A stretch of DNA of 64,000 bases from an uncultured Nitrospiraceae bacterium. GTDB lineage: Bacteria; Nitrospirota; Nitrospiria; Nitrospirales; Nitrospiraceae. The notes beneath the pieces were generated by a model, which saw nothing but the letters and a program-made list of their open reading frames with translations, was not told the DNA's origin and did not search any database. The stretch is from assembly GCA_963846575.1 (NCBI GenBank), contig CAWJWJ010000002.1:2592001-2656000 (forward strand), read 5' to 3'. The translations under genes and the position numbers were made by a program. Below, one piece after another: positions 9,878 to 19,644 of the stretch (positions are counted from its first letter, which is position 1; every line of letters begins with the position of its first letter).

Positions 9878-10897
9878 ATGGCTACAGCACAACGCGGTTA
9901 CTACGACGTTCTCGGCATTCCCCGTCACGCGTCCGCGGACGAGATTAAGAAAGCATTTCGACGACGGGCCCGGGAAATTCACCCCGATCTCCATACCGGG
10001 GCCAAAAAAACGGAGATGGAGAAGAAGTTCAAAGAACTCAACGAAGCCCATGAGGTGTTGTCGGACCCGGACAAGCGGAAAAAATATGATCAGTATGGCC
10101 ACAACTGGGAGCAGGCCGAGGCGTACGAGAGGGCACGTCACCAGGCTGGCGCTCAACCGGGGAGTCATGGTGGCCCAGGCGGCGATTTCGGCGATATCTT
10201 TGAAACCTTCTTTGGCGGTCGAGGCCGCGGCGGAGGGACGGCCGGGTTCGCGATCGACGGGGAGGACCTGGAGACCGATGTCCAACTGACCATTCGCGAT
10301 GTGCTCAGCGGGGTCTCGCGGCGCATCGATCTGACTCAGCGCATCGCCTGCAAGGCCTGTGGCGGCAGTGCCATCGTGCGCGGGCGTCCCTGCGTGGTGT
10401 GCGGAGGGTCCGGCACGCAGACCGAAAAACGCACGATCGAAGTTCGTATCCCGGCGGGCGTGCAGCATGATACCCGTGTGCGCATTGCAGGCAAGGGGCA
10501 ACCCGGTATCAACGGGGGCAAGCCCGGCGATCTCTACCTCCGCGTGCACATACAACCGAACAGCATTTTCCGGCAAAAAGGATTCGACGTGCAGGTGACT
10601 CTTCCCGTCTGGCCATGGGAAGCCGCACTCGGTGCGGAAGTCATGGCCCCCACCCTGACCGAACCGGTGAAAGTGAAAATTCCGCCAGGGAGTAAGGCCG
10701 ACAGCAAACTTCGTTTAAAAGGCAAGGGACTGCCCACCGCCACCGGGGACCACGGGGACTTGTTTCTCAAGCTCAAGATCGTCATGCCTGCCGCGCTTTC
10801 CGATGAGGAGCGGGCCCTCTATGAGCAATTGGGGCGGGGTCGTCACGTCGATCCGCGCGCTGAAATCATCGTCGCGGCCCGACGCGGGTCCTACTGA
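9878..10897 (+). CDS. DnaJ-class chaperone (CbpA-like) with a partial zinc finger
   Basis: J domain with HPD, G/F region, two CxxC motifs and a DnaJ C-terminal domain. Confidence 0.88.
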   Translation: MATAQRGYYDVLGIPRHASADEIKKAFRRRAREIHPDLHTGAKKTEMEKKFKELNEAHEVLSDPDKRKKYDQYGHNWEQAEAYERARHQAGAQPGSHGGPGGDFGDIFETFFGGRGRGGGTAGFAIDGEDLETDVQLTIRDVLSGVSRRIDLTQRIACKACGGSAIVRGRPCVVCGGSGTQTEKRTIEVRIPAGVQHDTRVRIAGKGQPGINGGKPGDLYLRVHIQPNSIFRQKGFDVQVTLPVWPWEAALGAEVMAPTLTEPVKVKIPPGSKADSKLRLKGKGLPTATGDHGDLFLKLKIVMPAALSDEERALYEQLGRGRHVDPRAEIIVAARRGSY

Positions 10898-10926
10898 TCA
10901 GCACTCCCTCGGAGTCACTCGCACCC

Positions 10927-11574
10927 ATGAACATCGTCGAATACGCGTTGTTCGCGTTCAGTTCGCTCTTTGTCATCGTCGATCCTATCGCCGTGGTGCC
11001 GGCGTTTCTGGCCATGACCCCTCGGGATTCGATGGCGCAACGACTACGAACTGCGCGCATGGCCTGTCTGGTCGCGGTCGGGATTCTGACCGGCTTTGCA
11101 GTGTTCGGCCAGAGCATTTTCAAGCTCCTCGGCATTACCCTGCCGGCGGTCCAGATTGCGGGCGGCCTGATCTTGTTGTTGGTTGCCCTGGACATGCTCC
11201 GCGCGCAACGGTCCACGGTCCAGGAGACGGCAGCGGAAACCGCCGCAGGAACCAGCAAGGACGACGTTGCCATCACGCCGCTGGCGATCCCCATGCTGGC
11301 GGGACCAGCCGCAATCTCGACCGTCATTCTGCTCGAAACGCGCGCAACTTCATGGGTGCTGCACGCCGTCTTGTTGGGATGCCTTGTACTCGTCGGGTTG
11401 GCGAGTTACAGTATATTAGCGATCGGCGCACGCAGCGCGAAGTGGCTCAATCCCATCGCCGAGAAGATAATTTCGCGGTTGATGGGCTTGCTGCTGGCTG
11501 CGCTGGCCATTCAATTTATGGTGAATGCCCTCACCGGTGATCAAGGGCTCTTGCACGGACTCATCAAACATTAA
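10927..11574 (+). CDS. marC: MarC family inner membrane protein
   Basis: LFVIVDP, IAGGLIL, PLAIPMLAGPAAI and RLMGLLLAALA motifs. Confidence 0.88.
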   Translation: MNIVEYALFAFSSLFVIVDPIAVVPAFLAMTPRDSMAQRLRTARMACLVAVGILTGFAVFGQSIFKLLGITLPAVQIAGGLILLLVALDMLRAQRSTVQETAAETAAGTSKDDVAITPLAIPMLAGPAAISTVILLETRATSWVLHAVLLGCLVLVGLASYSILAIGARSAKWLNPIAEKIISRLMGLLLAALAIQFMVNALTGDQGLLHGLIKH

Positions 11575-11598
11575 TCGACTTAACCGAAGGAGGAATGA

Positions 11599-12273
11599 AT
11601 GACGACGAAACTGTTTACATTTGCCACCGCCTCGGCTCTCGCCTGCGCCCTGACGGTTTCCCCCACCTGGGCGAATCCCGAGGCTGGCTACGGTGGACAT
11701 GGAAGCAGCTACGGGGAGCACGGGGGCAGCTATGGCGGCCACGGCAGCAGTTACGAGCGGGGTCGCCACGGCATGGGCGCCACGATGATGGAAATGATGA
11801 TGCATGGCGGTGCGGGCCATCTCATCCGCCATTTCATGAAGCACGAGAAGGAAATCGGACTGAGCGCCGAGCAGATGACCAAACTGAAGGACCTCCAACT
11901 CAACCTCGACAAGAACCGCATCAAGATGGAAGCCGATATCCAGGTCGCGGAGCGGGAACTGCAGGCGTTGACCGAGGACGCGAAGACGGACATCGGATCC
12001 ATCGAATCCAAGCTGAAGCAAAGCGCGGACGTGCAGGTCAAGCTCAGGCTCCTGTCCATCAAGACCAGACGTGATGCGATGGACGTGCTGACCGCAGAGC
12101 AACGGGAAAAACAACAGGCCGAGCATGACAAGGTCATGCAGCAGCACAAGAAAATGGGTCAGGACGCACCCTACGGGAAGAATCCCCACGAGAAGAACCC
12201 TCATGAGAAGAACCCTCATGAGAAGAGCAACCCCCATGGCAAGAATCCGCATGGGGACGCCAAATCTCAGTAA
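11599..12273 (+). CDS. Periplasmic Spy/CpxP/ZraP-like protein with His/Met-rich repeats
   Basis: Signal peptide ending PTWA; LSAEQ and VLTAEQREK (LTxxQ) motifs; helical core; AAGGAGG RBS. Confidence 0.75.
   Translation: MTTKLFTFATASALACALTVSPTWANPEAGYGGHGSSYGEHGGSYGGHGSSYERGRHGMGATMMEMMMHGGAGHLIRHFMKHEKEIGLSAEQMTKLKDLQLNLDKNRIKMEADIQVAERELQALTEDAKTDIGSIESKLKQSADVQVKLRLLSIKTRRDAMDVLTAEQREKQQAEHDKVMQQHKKMGQDAPYGKNPHEKNPHEKNPHEKSNPHGKNPHGDAKSQ
11686..11763 (+). repeat. In-frame imperfect 21-bp tandem repeat encoding (S/G)YG(G/E)HG(S/G) about 3.5 times
   Basis: Translation reads GYGGHGS SYGEHGG SYGGHGS SYERG. Confidence 0.8.
12178..12255 (+). repeat. In-frame 15-bp tandem repeat encoding KNPH(E/G) five times
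   Basis: gagaagaaccctcat is repeated exactly twice at 12190-12219, with degenerate flanking copies. Protein reads KNPHE KNPHE KNPHE KSNPHG KNPHG. Confidence 0.9.
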
Positions 12274-12308
12274 GCCTCAGTAAGCGCTGAGCGGACAGGA
12301 GGTCACCC

Positions 12309-12662
12309 ATGATCAAGCAGGTAGCCATTTCCACGCTGATGGTCGGTGCGCTCTGTTTCGCGAGTTCGCCGGCCTGGAGTGACAAGGGCCATAAAGGTAA
12401 GCACGAGGAGGAGCCTCCCGTCTCGGACCTCGTGAAGGACGCCAAGATCACGATCGACCAGGCCATCAAAACCGCCCTGGACAAAGCTCCCGGCACGGCC
12501 GTCGAGGCGGAGCTCGAAAAGAAACATGACAAGACGGTCTGGGAAGTCGAAGTGTTGGGAGCGGACGGCAAGGTGACCGAAGTGCATATCGATGCCGCAA
12601 CGGGAACCATTATCGATACCGAAGCCAAACACGAAAAGCGCGACAAGAAAGAGAAACACTAA
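12309..12662 (+). CDS. Secreted PepSY-domain protein
   Basis: Signal peptide; ITIDQAIKTAL...PG...EAELE...WEVEV...VHIDAATG pattern; AGGAGG RBS. Confidence 0.82.
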   Translation: MIKQVAISTLMVGALCFASSPAWSDKGHKGKHEEEPPVSDLVKDAKITIDQAIKTALDKAPGTAVEAELEKKHDKTVWEVEVLGADGKVTEVHIDAATGTIIDTEAKHEKRDKKEKH

Positions 12663-12669
12663 CCGGAAG

Positions 12670-12700
12670 AGGCCGGGCGACCTCCGCTGTCGTCCGGCCT
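12670..12700 (+). terminator. Stem-loop after the PepSY gene, possible terminator
   Basis: aggccgggcgac-ctccgct-gtcgtccggcct forms a 12-bp stem with one G-U pair; there is no clear U-tract. Confidence 0.4.
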
Positions 12701-12879
12701 TCGGGCCCCGTTTCGACCGTCCGCTCACCCTTGCATCCTCCGTCAACCCACGTCCCGATCAACCAGGCTGCTCCGGCCTGGCAGATTGACCCCTCACGCT
12801 CATCTGTGCGAAAGTTTGCGACTCGCAAACAGGCCGGCAATGCATGACACGACCGACTTCAGTTCCAGGAGATGAAGGA

Positions 12880-14559
12880 ATGCCCATCACGATCGATCCC
12901 CGACACAAGAGCCAGAAACTACTCGACGGACCAGGCCGCGCACCCGCTCGCGCCATGCTGAAAGCGGTCGGCTTCACCGACGCCGACCTGGAACGCCCCT
13001 TGATCGGCGTCGCCAACACCTGGATCGAAGTCATGCCCTGCAATTACCACCTCCGCCGCTTGTCCGAACGCGTGAAAGCTGGCATTCGCGCAGCCGGCGG
13101 CACCCCGATCGAATACAACACGATCGCGGTATCCGACGGTATTTCCATGGGCACGGAGGGCATGAAAGCCTCGCTGATCAGTCGGGAGGTCATTGCGGAC
13201 TCCATTGAACTGGTAGCGCGCGGCCATCTCTTCGACGGAGTCGTCGCCTTGTCAGGATGCGACAAAACCATTCCCGGCACCGTCATGGCGCTCTGTCGTC
13301 TCAACATTCCCTCGCTCATGATGTACGGCGGATCGATCATGCCGGGACAGTTCCAGGGACACGACGTCACGATTCAAGACGTCTTCGAGGCGGTGGGCAA
13401 ACATGCGGCCGGTTCCATGACGAGCGCGGAATTGAAAGACCTGGAAGATCACGCTTGCCCGGGCCCCGGTGCCTGCGGGGGCCAGTTTACCGCCAACACC
13501 ATGGCCATCGCGTTTGAGTTCCTCGGAATCTCGCCGATGGGCCGGAACGGCGTGCCGGCCATGGATCCGAAGAAGGATGACGTGGCGTTCGAGTGCGGGA
13601 AGCTGGTCATGAACCTCCTCAAGAAAGATATCCGCCCCAAACAAATCATCACGCGCCGCTCAATCGAAAATGCGATTGCCGCCGTGGCCACGACCGGGGG
13701 ATCCACGAACGCGGTACTCCATCTGCTGGCCGTCGCGCGCGAAATGGGCGTACGCTTGACCATCGACGATTTCGACAAAATCAATCGGAAGGTTCCCCTG
13801 CTCGCCGATCTGAAGCCGGGCGGCCGCTTTACCGCCTCGGACCTCTATATGGCCGGCGGTACGACGTTGGTGGCTAAGCGGTTACTGGATGCGAAGATCC
13901 TGCACCCCGATCAGATGACGGTCACCGGACGCACGATCGGGGAAGAAGCTAAGGCCGCTAGTGAAAACCCGGCTCAGCAGGTGTTACGGCCATTGTCGAA
14001 TCCGATCAAGCCGACGGGTGGCATGGTCATCTTGAAGGGCAACCTGGCACCCGAGGGGTGCGTGGTCAAAGTGGCCGGCCATTCGATCATGACCTTCACC
14101 GGACCGGCCAAGGTCTATGATCGTGAAGAAGATGCCTTCGTGGCGGTACAGGCCGGACAAATCAAACCCGGCGATGTGGTGGTGATCCGGTATGAGGGCC
14201 CCTCCGGCGGCCCGGGCATGCGGGAAATGTTGGGCGTGACGGCGGCCATTGTCGGGGCGGGCCTCGGCGATTCTGTGGCGCTGCTCACCGATGGAAGATT
14301 CTCCGGAGCCACACATGGCTTGATGGCAGGACATGTGGCACCGGAAGCCGTGAAAGGCGGTCCGATCGGCGCGGTGAAAAACGGCGACCTCATCACCTTC
14401 GACATTGCGAAACGGCGGCTGGATGTCCAACTCACTCAGAAGGAAGTGACCGCGAGGCTGAAGAAAGTGAAGTACCCCACTCCCCGGTACCAGTCAGGGG
14501 TGATGGGGAAATATGCCCGCCACGTCTCCTCCGCCTCCGAAGGCGCGGTGACGACCTAG
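12880..14559 (+). CDS. ilvD: Dihydroxy-acid dehydratase
   Basis: [45 protein letters not shown] and TDGRFSG motifs. Start chosen at 12880 behind AGGAG; the ORF opens at 12844. Confidence 0.95.
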   Translation: MPITIDPRHKSQKLLDGPGRAPARAMLKAVGFTDADLERPLIGVANTWIEVMPCNYHLRRLSERVKAGIRAAGGTPIEYNTIAVSDGISMGTEGMKASLISREVIADSIELVARGHLFDGVVALSGCDKTIPGTVMALCRLNIPSLMMYGGSIMPGQFQGHDVTIQDVFEAVGKHAAGSMTSAELKDLEDHACPGPGACGGQFTANTMAIAFEFLGISPMGRNGVPAMDPKKDDVAFECGKLVMNLLKKDIRPKQIITRRSIENAIAAVATTGGSTNAVLHLLAVAREMGVRLTIDDFDKINRKVPLLADLKPGGRFTASDLYMAGGTTLVAKRLLDAKILHPDQMTVTGRTIGEEAKAASENPAQQVLRPLSNPIKPTGGMVILKGNLAPEGCVVKVAGHSIMTFTGPAKVYDREEDAFVAVQAGQIKPGDVVVIRYEGPSGGPGMREMLGVTAAIVGAGLGDSVALLTDGRFSGATHGLMAGHVAPEAVKGGPIGAVKNGDLITFDIAKRRLDVQLTQKEVTARLKKVKYPTPRYQSGVMGKYARHVSSASEGAVTT

Positions 14560-14561
14560 TC

Positions 14562-15473
14562 ATGATGCTCCTGCTGCGATGCGGCTTCGCATGGGCGACG
14601 CTCGCCATGGCGTCCTTCGACCCCGAGGTTCGCGGGGGGGAGGTGGCGGAGCCATCGGCTTCGGCCTGTGCCGATTGGTCTGCCCGTCATCCGCAATGGA
14701 TCTGGTGCGACGATTTTGAGGTCGACCGGCTGGCCAGCTATTTCGAATACGACATTCGCCACGGCCGGTTTGTTCGCGAAGCCGGCGCGGGCGTCGGCAG
14801 TTCTATCGGCATGCGCGCGGAGTATCTACCCGGTGATCCGCATGGAGGAGCCCTCCACCTCGCCTTCGGCCAAACTCCAAGCGCCTATATGAAACCGGTC
14901 GATGCCGGAACGGCGCGGTACCAGGACATTTATTGGCGGTTCGATCTGCGGCTTCAGCCAGAGTGGACCGGCGGCGGGGCCGACAAATTGACCAGAGCCA
15001 CCATCCTGTCCAGCGACCGATTTGCACAGGCCGCCATCGGCCATCTCTGGAGCGGTGGGCTGCCCGGCTCCGACCCCGATCGGCTGTATCTCGATCCGGC
15101 CTCCGGAACCGACGAAGTCGGGACGTTGCGCACGACCACCTATAATGATTTTCCGCGGTTGCGCTGGCTCGGGTCGGCCGGCGGCAAGACCCCTCTGTTC
15201 AGTGCTGCCCACATCGGCCAGTGGTTTTGCATCGAGATCCATATGAAGTTGAATAGCCGCAGTGCGGCCGATGGTCTGTTCGAATATTGGATCAACGATC
15301 AGCTGGAGGCCAGGCGAACGGGGTTGAATTGGATCGGCAGTTATGACGACTATGGCATCAACGCCGTATACCTCGAACAATACTGGACCTCTGTACCGTT
15401 CACCCAGGTTCAGCAACGGTATTGGGATAACTTCGTGGTATCCACCAACCGCATCGGGTGTTCCCTGGGATGA
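14562..15473 (+). CDS. Secreted hypothetical protein, Trp-rich, possibly polysaccharide-lyase/ConA-like beta-sandwich
   Basis: Possible N-terminal signal; IWCDDFE, GQWFCIEIHMKLN, DGLFEYWINDQL and YWDNFVVSTNRIGC segments. Confidence 0.55.
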   Translation: MMLLLRCGFAWATLAMASFDPEVRGGEVAEPSASACADWSARHPQWIWCDDFEVDRLASYFEYDIRHGRFVREAGAGVGSSIGMRAEYLPGDPHGGALHLAFGQTPSAYMKPVDAGTARYQDIYWRFDLRLQPEWTGGGADKLTRATILSSDRFAQAAIGHLWSGGLPGSDPDRLYLDPASGTDEVGTLRTTTYNDFPRLRWLGSAGGKTPLFSAAHIGQWFCIEIHMKLNSRSAADGLFEYWINDQLEARRTGLNWIGSYDDYGINAVYLEQYWTSVPFTQVQQRYWDNFVVSTNRIGCSLG

Positions 15474-15546
15474 CTGTCCTGCGCGCACGGCAGAGCTGAG
15501 GGTGTTGCAGATATTCGTTTCTTGATCTCCGGCCACCAATAAAGGG

Positions 15547-17706
15547 ATGTCGCGTACGCGTCCACCGCCTATGTCAGTTCGGCATGCACAAATCGAAAGT
15601 CCGACCGCCGCCGCATCCGGCACAGACGTCCAACGACCGGCGACACGAGATCTGTCACGTCCTGAATGGTTTCTCAATCGCGAATTGAGCCTCATCGAGT
15701 TCAATCGACGGGTGCTCGACCTGGCGAAAGACCGCAGCGTGCCACTCCTGGAACGACTGAAGTATCTGTGTATCGTAAGCTCCAACTTTGATGAATTTTT
15801 CGAGGTTCGCGTCGCGGGATTGAAAGAGCAAGTCAGCCACGAGGTGGAACAAGCGGGCGCGGATGGGCTGACCCCTTCCGAACTTCTGTCGCGCATTGCC
15901 ATCCTGACGCATCAACTGGTCAGGGAGCAGTACACGGTCCTGAATCAAGCGCTCATCCCGCAATTGGCCGATCAGCGGATTCGATTTCTAAAACGCACGG
16001 AGTGGATGCCGTCCCATATTCGATGGATGCGCCGATTTTTCTCCGGCGAACTGCTGCCGCTTCTGAGTCCGGTCGGATTGGACCCCGCGCATCCGTTCCC
16101 GAAGTTGCTGAACAAGAGTCTCAATTTTCTGGTCACGCTGGAAGGGACCGACGCCTTCGGGCGCCCGAATGGCACGGCGATCGTGCAGGTGCCGCGTTCG
16201 CTCCCCCGCGTGATCCGCCTCCCCGCCCGGAGCACCACCTGGCCCCACGATTTCGCGTTCCTCTCCTCGGTGATCCATGCCTTCGTGCATCAACTCTTTC
16301 CCGGCATGCGCGTGACCGGCTGTTACCAATTTCGCGTGACACGGAACAGCAATCTCTTTGTGGACGAGGAAGACGTCGACGACCTCCGGCGAGCGCTCGA
16401 AGGTCAACTCCCTGACAGGCGGTTCGGCGACGCGGTGAGACTCGAGGTGGCGGACAACTGCCCGCCGGACCTGGTGTATTTTCTCCGCGAACAATTCCAC
16501 CTCGACGCGCAGGACGTCTATCAATGCCACGGCCCGGTCAATCTGCATCGACTGATGACGGTGCCCGACCTGGTGGAGCGCCCCGACCTCAAGTTCCAAT
16601 CCTTCGCCCCAAGCGTTCCCACCACGCCGGTACCGAGCGAGGACTGGTTTGATGCGATCCGGCAGGGCGATATTCTGCTCCATCACCCCTTTCAATCCTT
16701 CGCCCCCGTCACCGAATTCCTTCGGCAAGCCGCGACGGATCCGTCGGTCCTGACTATCAAGCAGACGCTCTATCGCACAGGTGCGGATTCGGCTATCGTC
16801 CAATCGCTCGTGGATGCTGCGCGCGGCGGGAAGGAAGTCACCGTCGTAATCGAACTGCGAGCCCGTTTCGACGAAGAGGCCAATATCGAACTGGCCCACG
16901 ACCTGGAAGAAGCCGGCGCCCATGTGGTGTACGGCGTGGTGGGGCACAAGACACATGCCAAAATGAGTCTGGTGCTCCGGCGCGAGGGCCGGCTGCTCCG
17001 GTACTATACCCACCTCGGAACCGGCAACTACCACGCCCGTAATGCGCGGCTTTATACCGACTTTGGCCTGCTGACTTGCAATACGGCGATCGGGCGGGAC
17101 GTTCGGAGGGTCTTTCAGCAACTGACCTCGTTGGGACGCCCGGGACGGCTCCAACATCTACTCCAGTCGCCCTTCACCCTGCACCCGACCTTGCTGAAGT
17201 GGATTGCCCGGGAAACCGACCGCGCCAAGCAGGGTCGCCCGGCCCATATCATCGCCAAGATGAATGCGCTCCTCGAACCGCAGATTATCCGGGCTCTCTA
17301 CAAGGCTTCACAGGCCGGGGTCAAAATCGACTTGATTGTCCGTGGCCCCTGCGCCTTGCGGCCCGGAATCGCAGGACTCTCGGAACATATCCGCGTGCGT
17401 TCGATCATCGGTCAGTTCCTCGAGCACAGCCGGATTTTCTATTTTCTCAACGACGGCGACGACCGGGTGTTTCTCTCGAGCGCTGATTGGATGGAGCGTA
17501 ACTTCTTTAGACGTGTCGAGGTGGCGTTTCCGGTGCTGGATAAGACGTTGCGTCAGCGGGTCATCGATGAAGGCCTCCGCCCTTATCTTGAAGACAATAC
17601 CCACGCCTGGATTCTGCACCGGGACGGCACCTACCGGCGGATGACACCCGGACGCCGGACTGCGCGCTCGGCCCAGCAATGCCTGATGAAAACTCTGGTT
17701 CCGTAG
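15547..17706 (+). CDS. ppk1: Polyphosphate kinase 1
   Basis: FLNRELS, SSNFDEFFEVRVAGL, HPFP, HHPF, ELRARFDEEANI, KTHAK, GTGNY and SSADWMERN motifs. Confidence 0.96.
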   Translation: MSRTRPPPMSVRHAQIESPTAAASGTDVQRPATRDLSRPEWFLNRELSLIEFNRRVLDLAKDRSVPLLERLKYLCIVSSNFDEFFEVRVAGLKEQVSHEVEQAGADGLTPSELLSRIAILTHQLVREQYTVLNQALIPQLADQRIRFLKRTEWMPSHIRWMRRFFSGELLPLLSPVGLDPAHPFPKLLNKSLNFLVTLEGTDAFGRPNGTAIVQVPRSLPRVIRLPARSTTWPHDFAFLSSVIHAFVHQLFPGMRVTGCYQFRVTRNSNLFVDEEDVDDLRRALEGQLPDRRFGDAVRLEVADNCPPDLVYFLREQFHLDAQDVYQCHGPVNLHRLMTVPDLVERPDLKFQSFAPSVPTTPVPSEDWFDAIRQGDILLHHPFQSFAPVTEFLRQAATDPSVLTIKQTLYRTGADSAIVQSLVDAARGGKEVTVVIELRARFDEEANIELAHDLEEAGAHVVYGVVGHKTHAKMSLVLRREGRLLRYYTHLGTGNYHARNARLYTDFGLLTCNTAIGRDVRRVFQQLTSLGRPGRLQHLLQSPFTLHPTLLKWIARETDRAKQGRPAHIIAKMNALLEPQIIRALYKASQAGVKIDLIVRGPCALRPGIAGLSEHIRVRSIIGQFLEHSRIFYFLNDGDDRVFLSSADWMERNFFRRVEVAFPVLDKTLRQRVIDEGLRPYLEDNTHAWILHRDGTYRRMTPGRRTARSAQQCLMKTLVP

Positions 17707-18201
17707 ATTCTTCCTGGCGCACGCTTCCCTCCATGCCATTCACTTCATCTTCGCCTCAGCCCGGGCATTGTGGCCCGATGCCCCGACAATCAGACGACAC
17801 CACTCCGGCCCTCAGGATCGGGACTCACGCGCATTGCCACGCGTTCCGGCCTCGTACACAGTATGGGTATTGCTTTCCATTCCGCTGGCAATGATGCCGC
17901 ACGCAATCCAGCCCTCCGCACTGCATGAATTTTGATCCGGTCCAGGACCGGGGAGGAATCCTGCGGCGGCTTCACGGGACTTCTGTGAACCGGATCGCGT
18001 GCGGCACTTCATGATCAGAATTATGCCGGTGTCCGGGAACTGGACTCCGTCAGCACATTCCACGCCGGAAGCCGAACGGGAGAACCGCTTGTCATGAAGA
18101 TGGGGGCCCTGTCGGCACTCCCCAGACAGCCGTCGCCAGACAGACGCTCCTGTTTCATCCAGCGCCGGGGCGCTTCACACTTTCACTCAGGCCGGCAGGA
18201 C

Positions 18202-18633
18202 CTAGATCGCATCCGCCGCGAGCTGTTCAATCCGTGCCTCAATGCACCCCGTGCAGAGCACAGCCTGGGGCTGGGTCCGGAGTCGCGACAAAGGGATCGC
18301 TCGGTGACATTCACGGCAGAGACCATAGGACAACTCGAGCATGTGATCCAAGGCGCGTTCGATGTGGCGGAGGTGGGCCGACGTATGTTGTGCGATCACA
18401 TTCTCAAGCGACCATCGCTGCGAGAATGCGCCCGTGGCAGGAACATCCTCCGGCCTCTTGCCCGGAAGGGGAGCCCACTCCAAGGCTCGTCGCAATAATG
18501 CTCGTCTCGCGCTCATCAATTCTCTGCGTAATATGGAGACCTCAGGCGGCGCGCATGGGACAGGAATCTCGGAGAATCTTGGACAAGGCTCATGGTACCC
18601 CTCCTGTAAAGGATTATCCTGACGAGTGGACAA
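18202..18633 (-). CDS. DksA/TraR family C4 zinc-finger protein
   Basis: IERAL...SYGLCRECHRAIPLSRLRTQPQAVLCTGC. The start codon is uncertain. Confidence 0.72.
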   Translation of the reverse strand: MSTRQDNPLQEGYHEPCPRFSEIPVPCAPPEVSILRRELMSARRALLRRALEWAPLPGKRPEDVPATGAFSQRWSLENVIAQHTSAHLRHIERALDHMLELSYGLCRECHRAIPLSRLRTQPQAVLCTGCIEARIEQLAADAI

Positions 18634-18700
18634 TACAGGTCCCGGGTAACGACGGATTTAGTGGAAAGTAAACTTCTGCTTAACAGACAGGATCGTCAGG

Positions 18701-19450
18701 CTACTGTACGGTCGCCTGACGCCGTTCAATGACAGGAATCCAACTGCGTTCCAGATCACGCCTGGCGGCCGCAAGAAACCGTTCCTCCGCCTTCGCATCC
18801 CGACTACCCCGGCTCAGCACCACGGAATGGACGGCAAAAAAGGCAGGCGTTCCAATCACCCGGATGTCGTCCATCACTCGGACGAGCGGTTTGCCCCAGA
18901 ACACCTCGAAATAATGTGCCTGCACCGCATCGGCTGCTTTCTCCTCGATCACCATCGATGAGGGTCCCATCTCGTACTCCCCCATAAAACTGATGCCGCC
19001 GGCCGCAACCGTGGTATCGGTCTGTTTCACCATGGCTCCGGGCAGCAGAAACAGGGTCACCTCGCGCACCTTGCCGAACCCTTTCTCTGAAGTGCTGAAC
19101 GCAACGGCAGCATAGCGCCCGGGTGGGACGTTTTGAACATAGACCGTGCCCCCCTCCCCGCCATCGGCAGATGGCGTCATGATGCTTGTCGGGATAAGCT
19201 TCGTGCCTTCCAGAAGGTCACGCTCTTTTTCGACCTTCACCAGATACACTCGATCTTCGGTATTAGGCACCCATCCGGAGCTCCTGATCGTGATTCCGAC
19301 CACCGCGCTCTGCTGATCGACCGGCTGGGTAATGTGAACCGGCGAGACAAACTCTCCGGCCAGACGTTGAAATTGTTTTTGAGGCTTGCTCGAACAAGCT
19401 CCGCTTACAACGACGGCCAGGACAACTATCAGCATCATGAGTCGGGTCAT
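18701..19450 (-). CDS. Hypothetical lipoprotein
   Basis: Signal with lipobox-like VSGAC; 249-aa ORF with a GAGGG RBS-like sequence. Confidence 0.65.
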   Translation of the reverse strand: MTRLMMLIVVLAVVVSGACSSKPQKQFQRLAGEFVSPVHITQPVDQQSAVVGITIRSSGWVPNTEDRVYLVKVEKERDLLEGTKLIPTSIMTPSADGGEGGTVYVQNVPPGRYAAVAFSTSEKGFGKVREVTLFLLPGAMVKQTDTTVAAGGISFMGEYEMGPSSMVIEEKAADAVQAHYFEVFWGKPLVRVMDDIRVIGTPAFFAVHSVVLSRGSRDAKAEERFLAAARRDLERSWIPVIERRQATVQ

Positions 19451-19644
19451 GTCGGTCCCTCTAGGTGGATGAAGCGCGGTGGCGGCGCCACAGTGTAGGA
19501 GATTGCGCAGGGCGGCTCAAGATGTGATTTTAATCGCAGATAGGAGCGAAGTGATCCGGTCCGAATGGCCATGAGGCAGAGCCCCATCACCGAGATACTT
19601 TCCTGGATTCATGGGGGCAGGGGCAAGGACGGTCCGACGGTAGA

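Noticed and set aside
12178..12255. Short repeats as a CRISPR array
   Set aside because: They are tandem, in-frame coding repeats with no spacers, and there are no cas genes.
12266..12285. Direct repeat ctcagtaagc twice at the stop codon of the Spy-like gene, as a target-site duplication
   Set aside because: The copies are adjacent with no element between them; most simply a local slippage duplication.
17707..18201. Short minus-strand ORFs in the ppk1-dksA spacer, including a 33-aa Cys-rich peptide (MQCGGLDC...WQCA)
   Set aside because: No RBS, no recognisable family and no adjacent modification or export genes; not distinguishable from chance ORFs.
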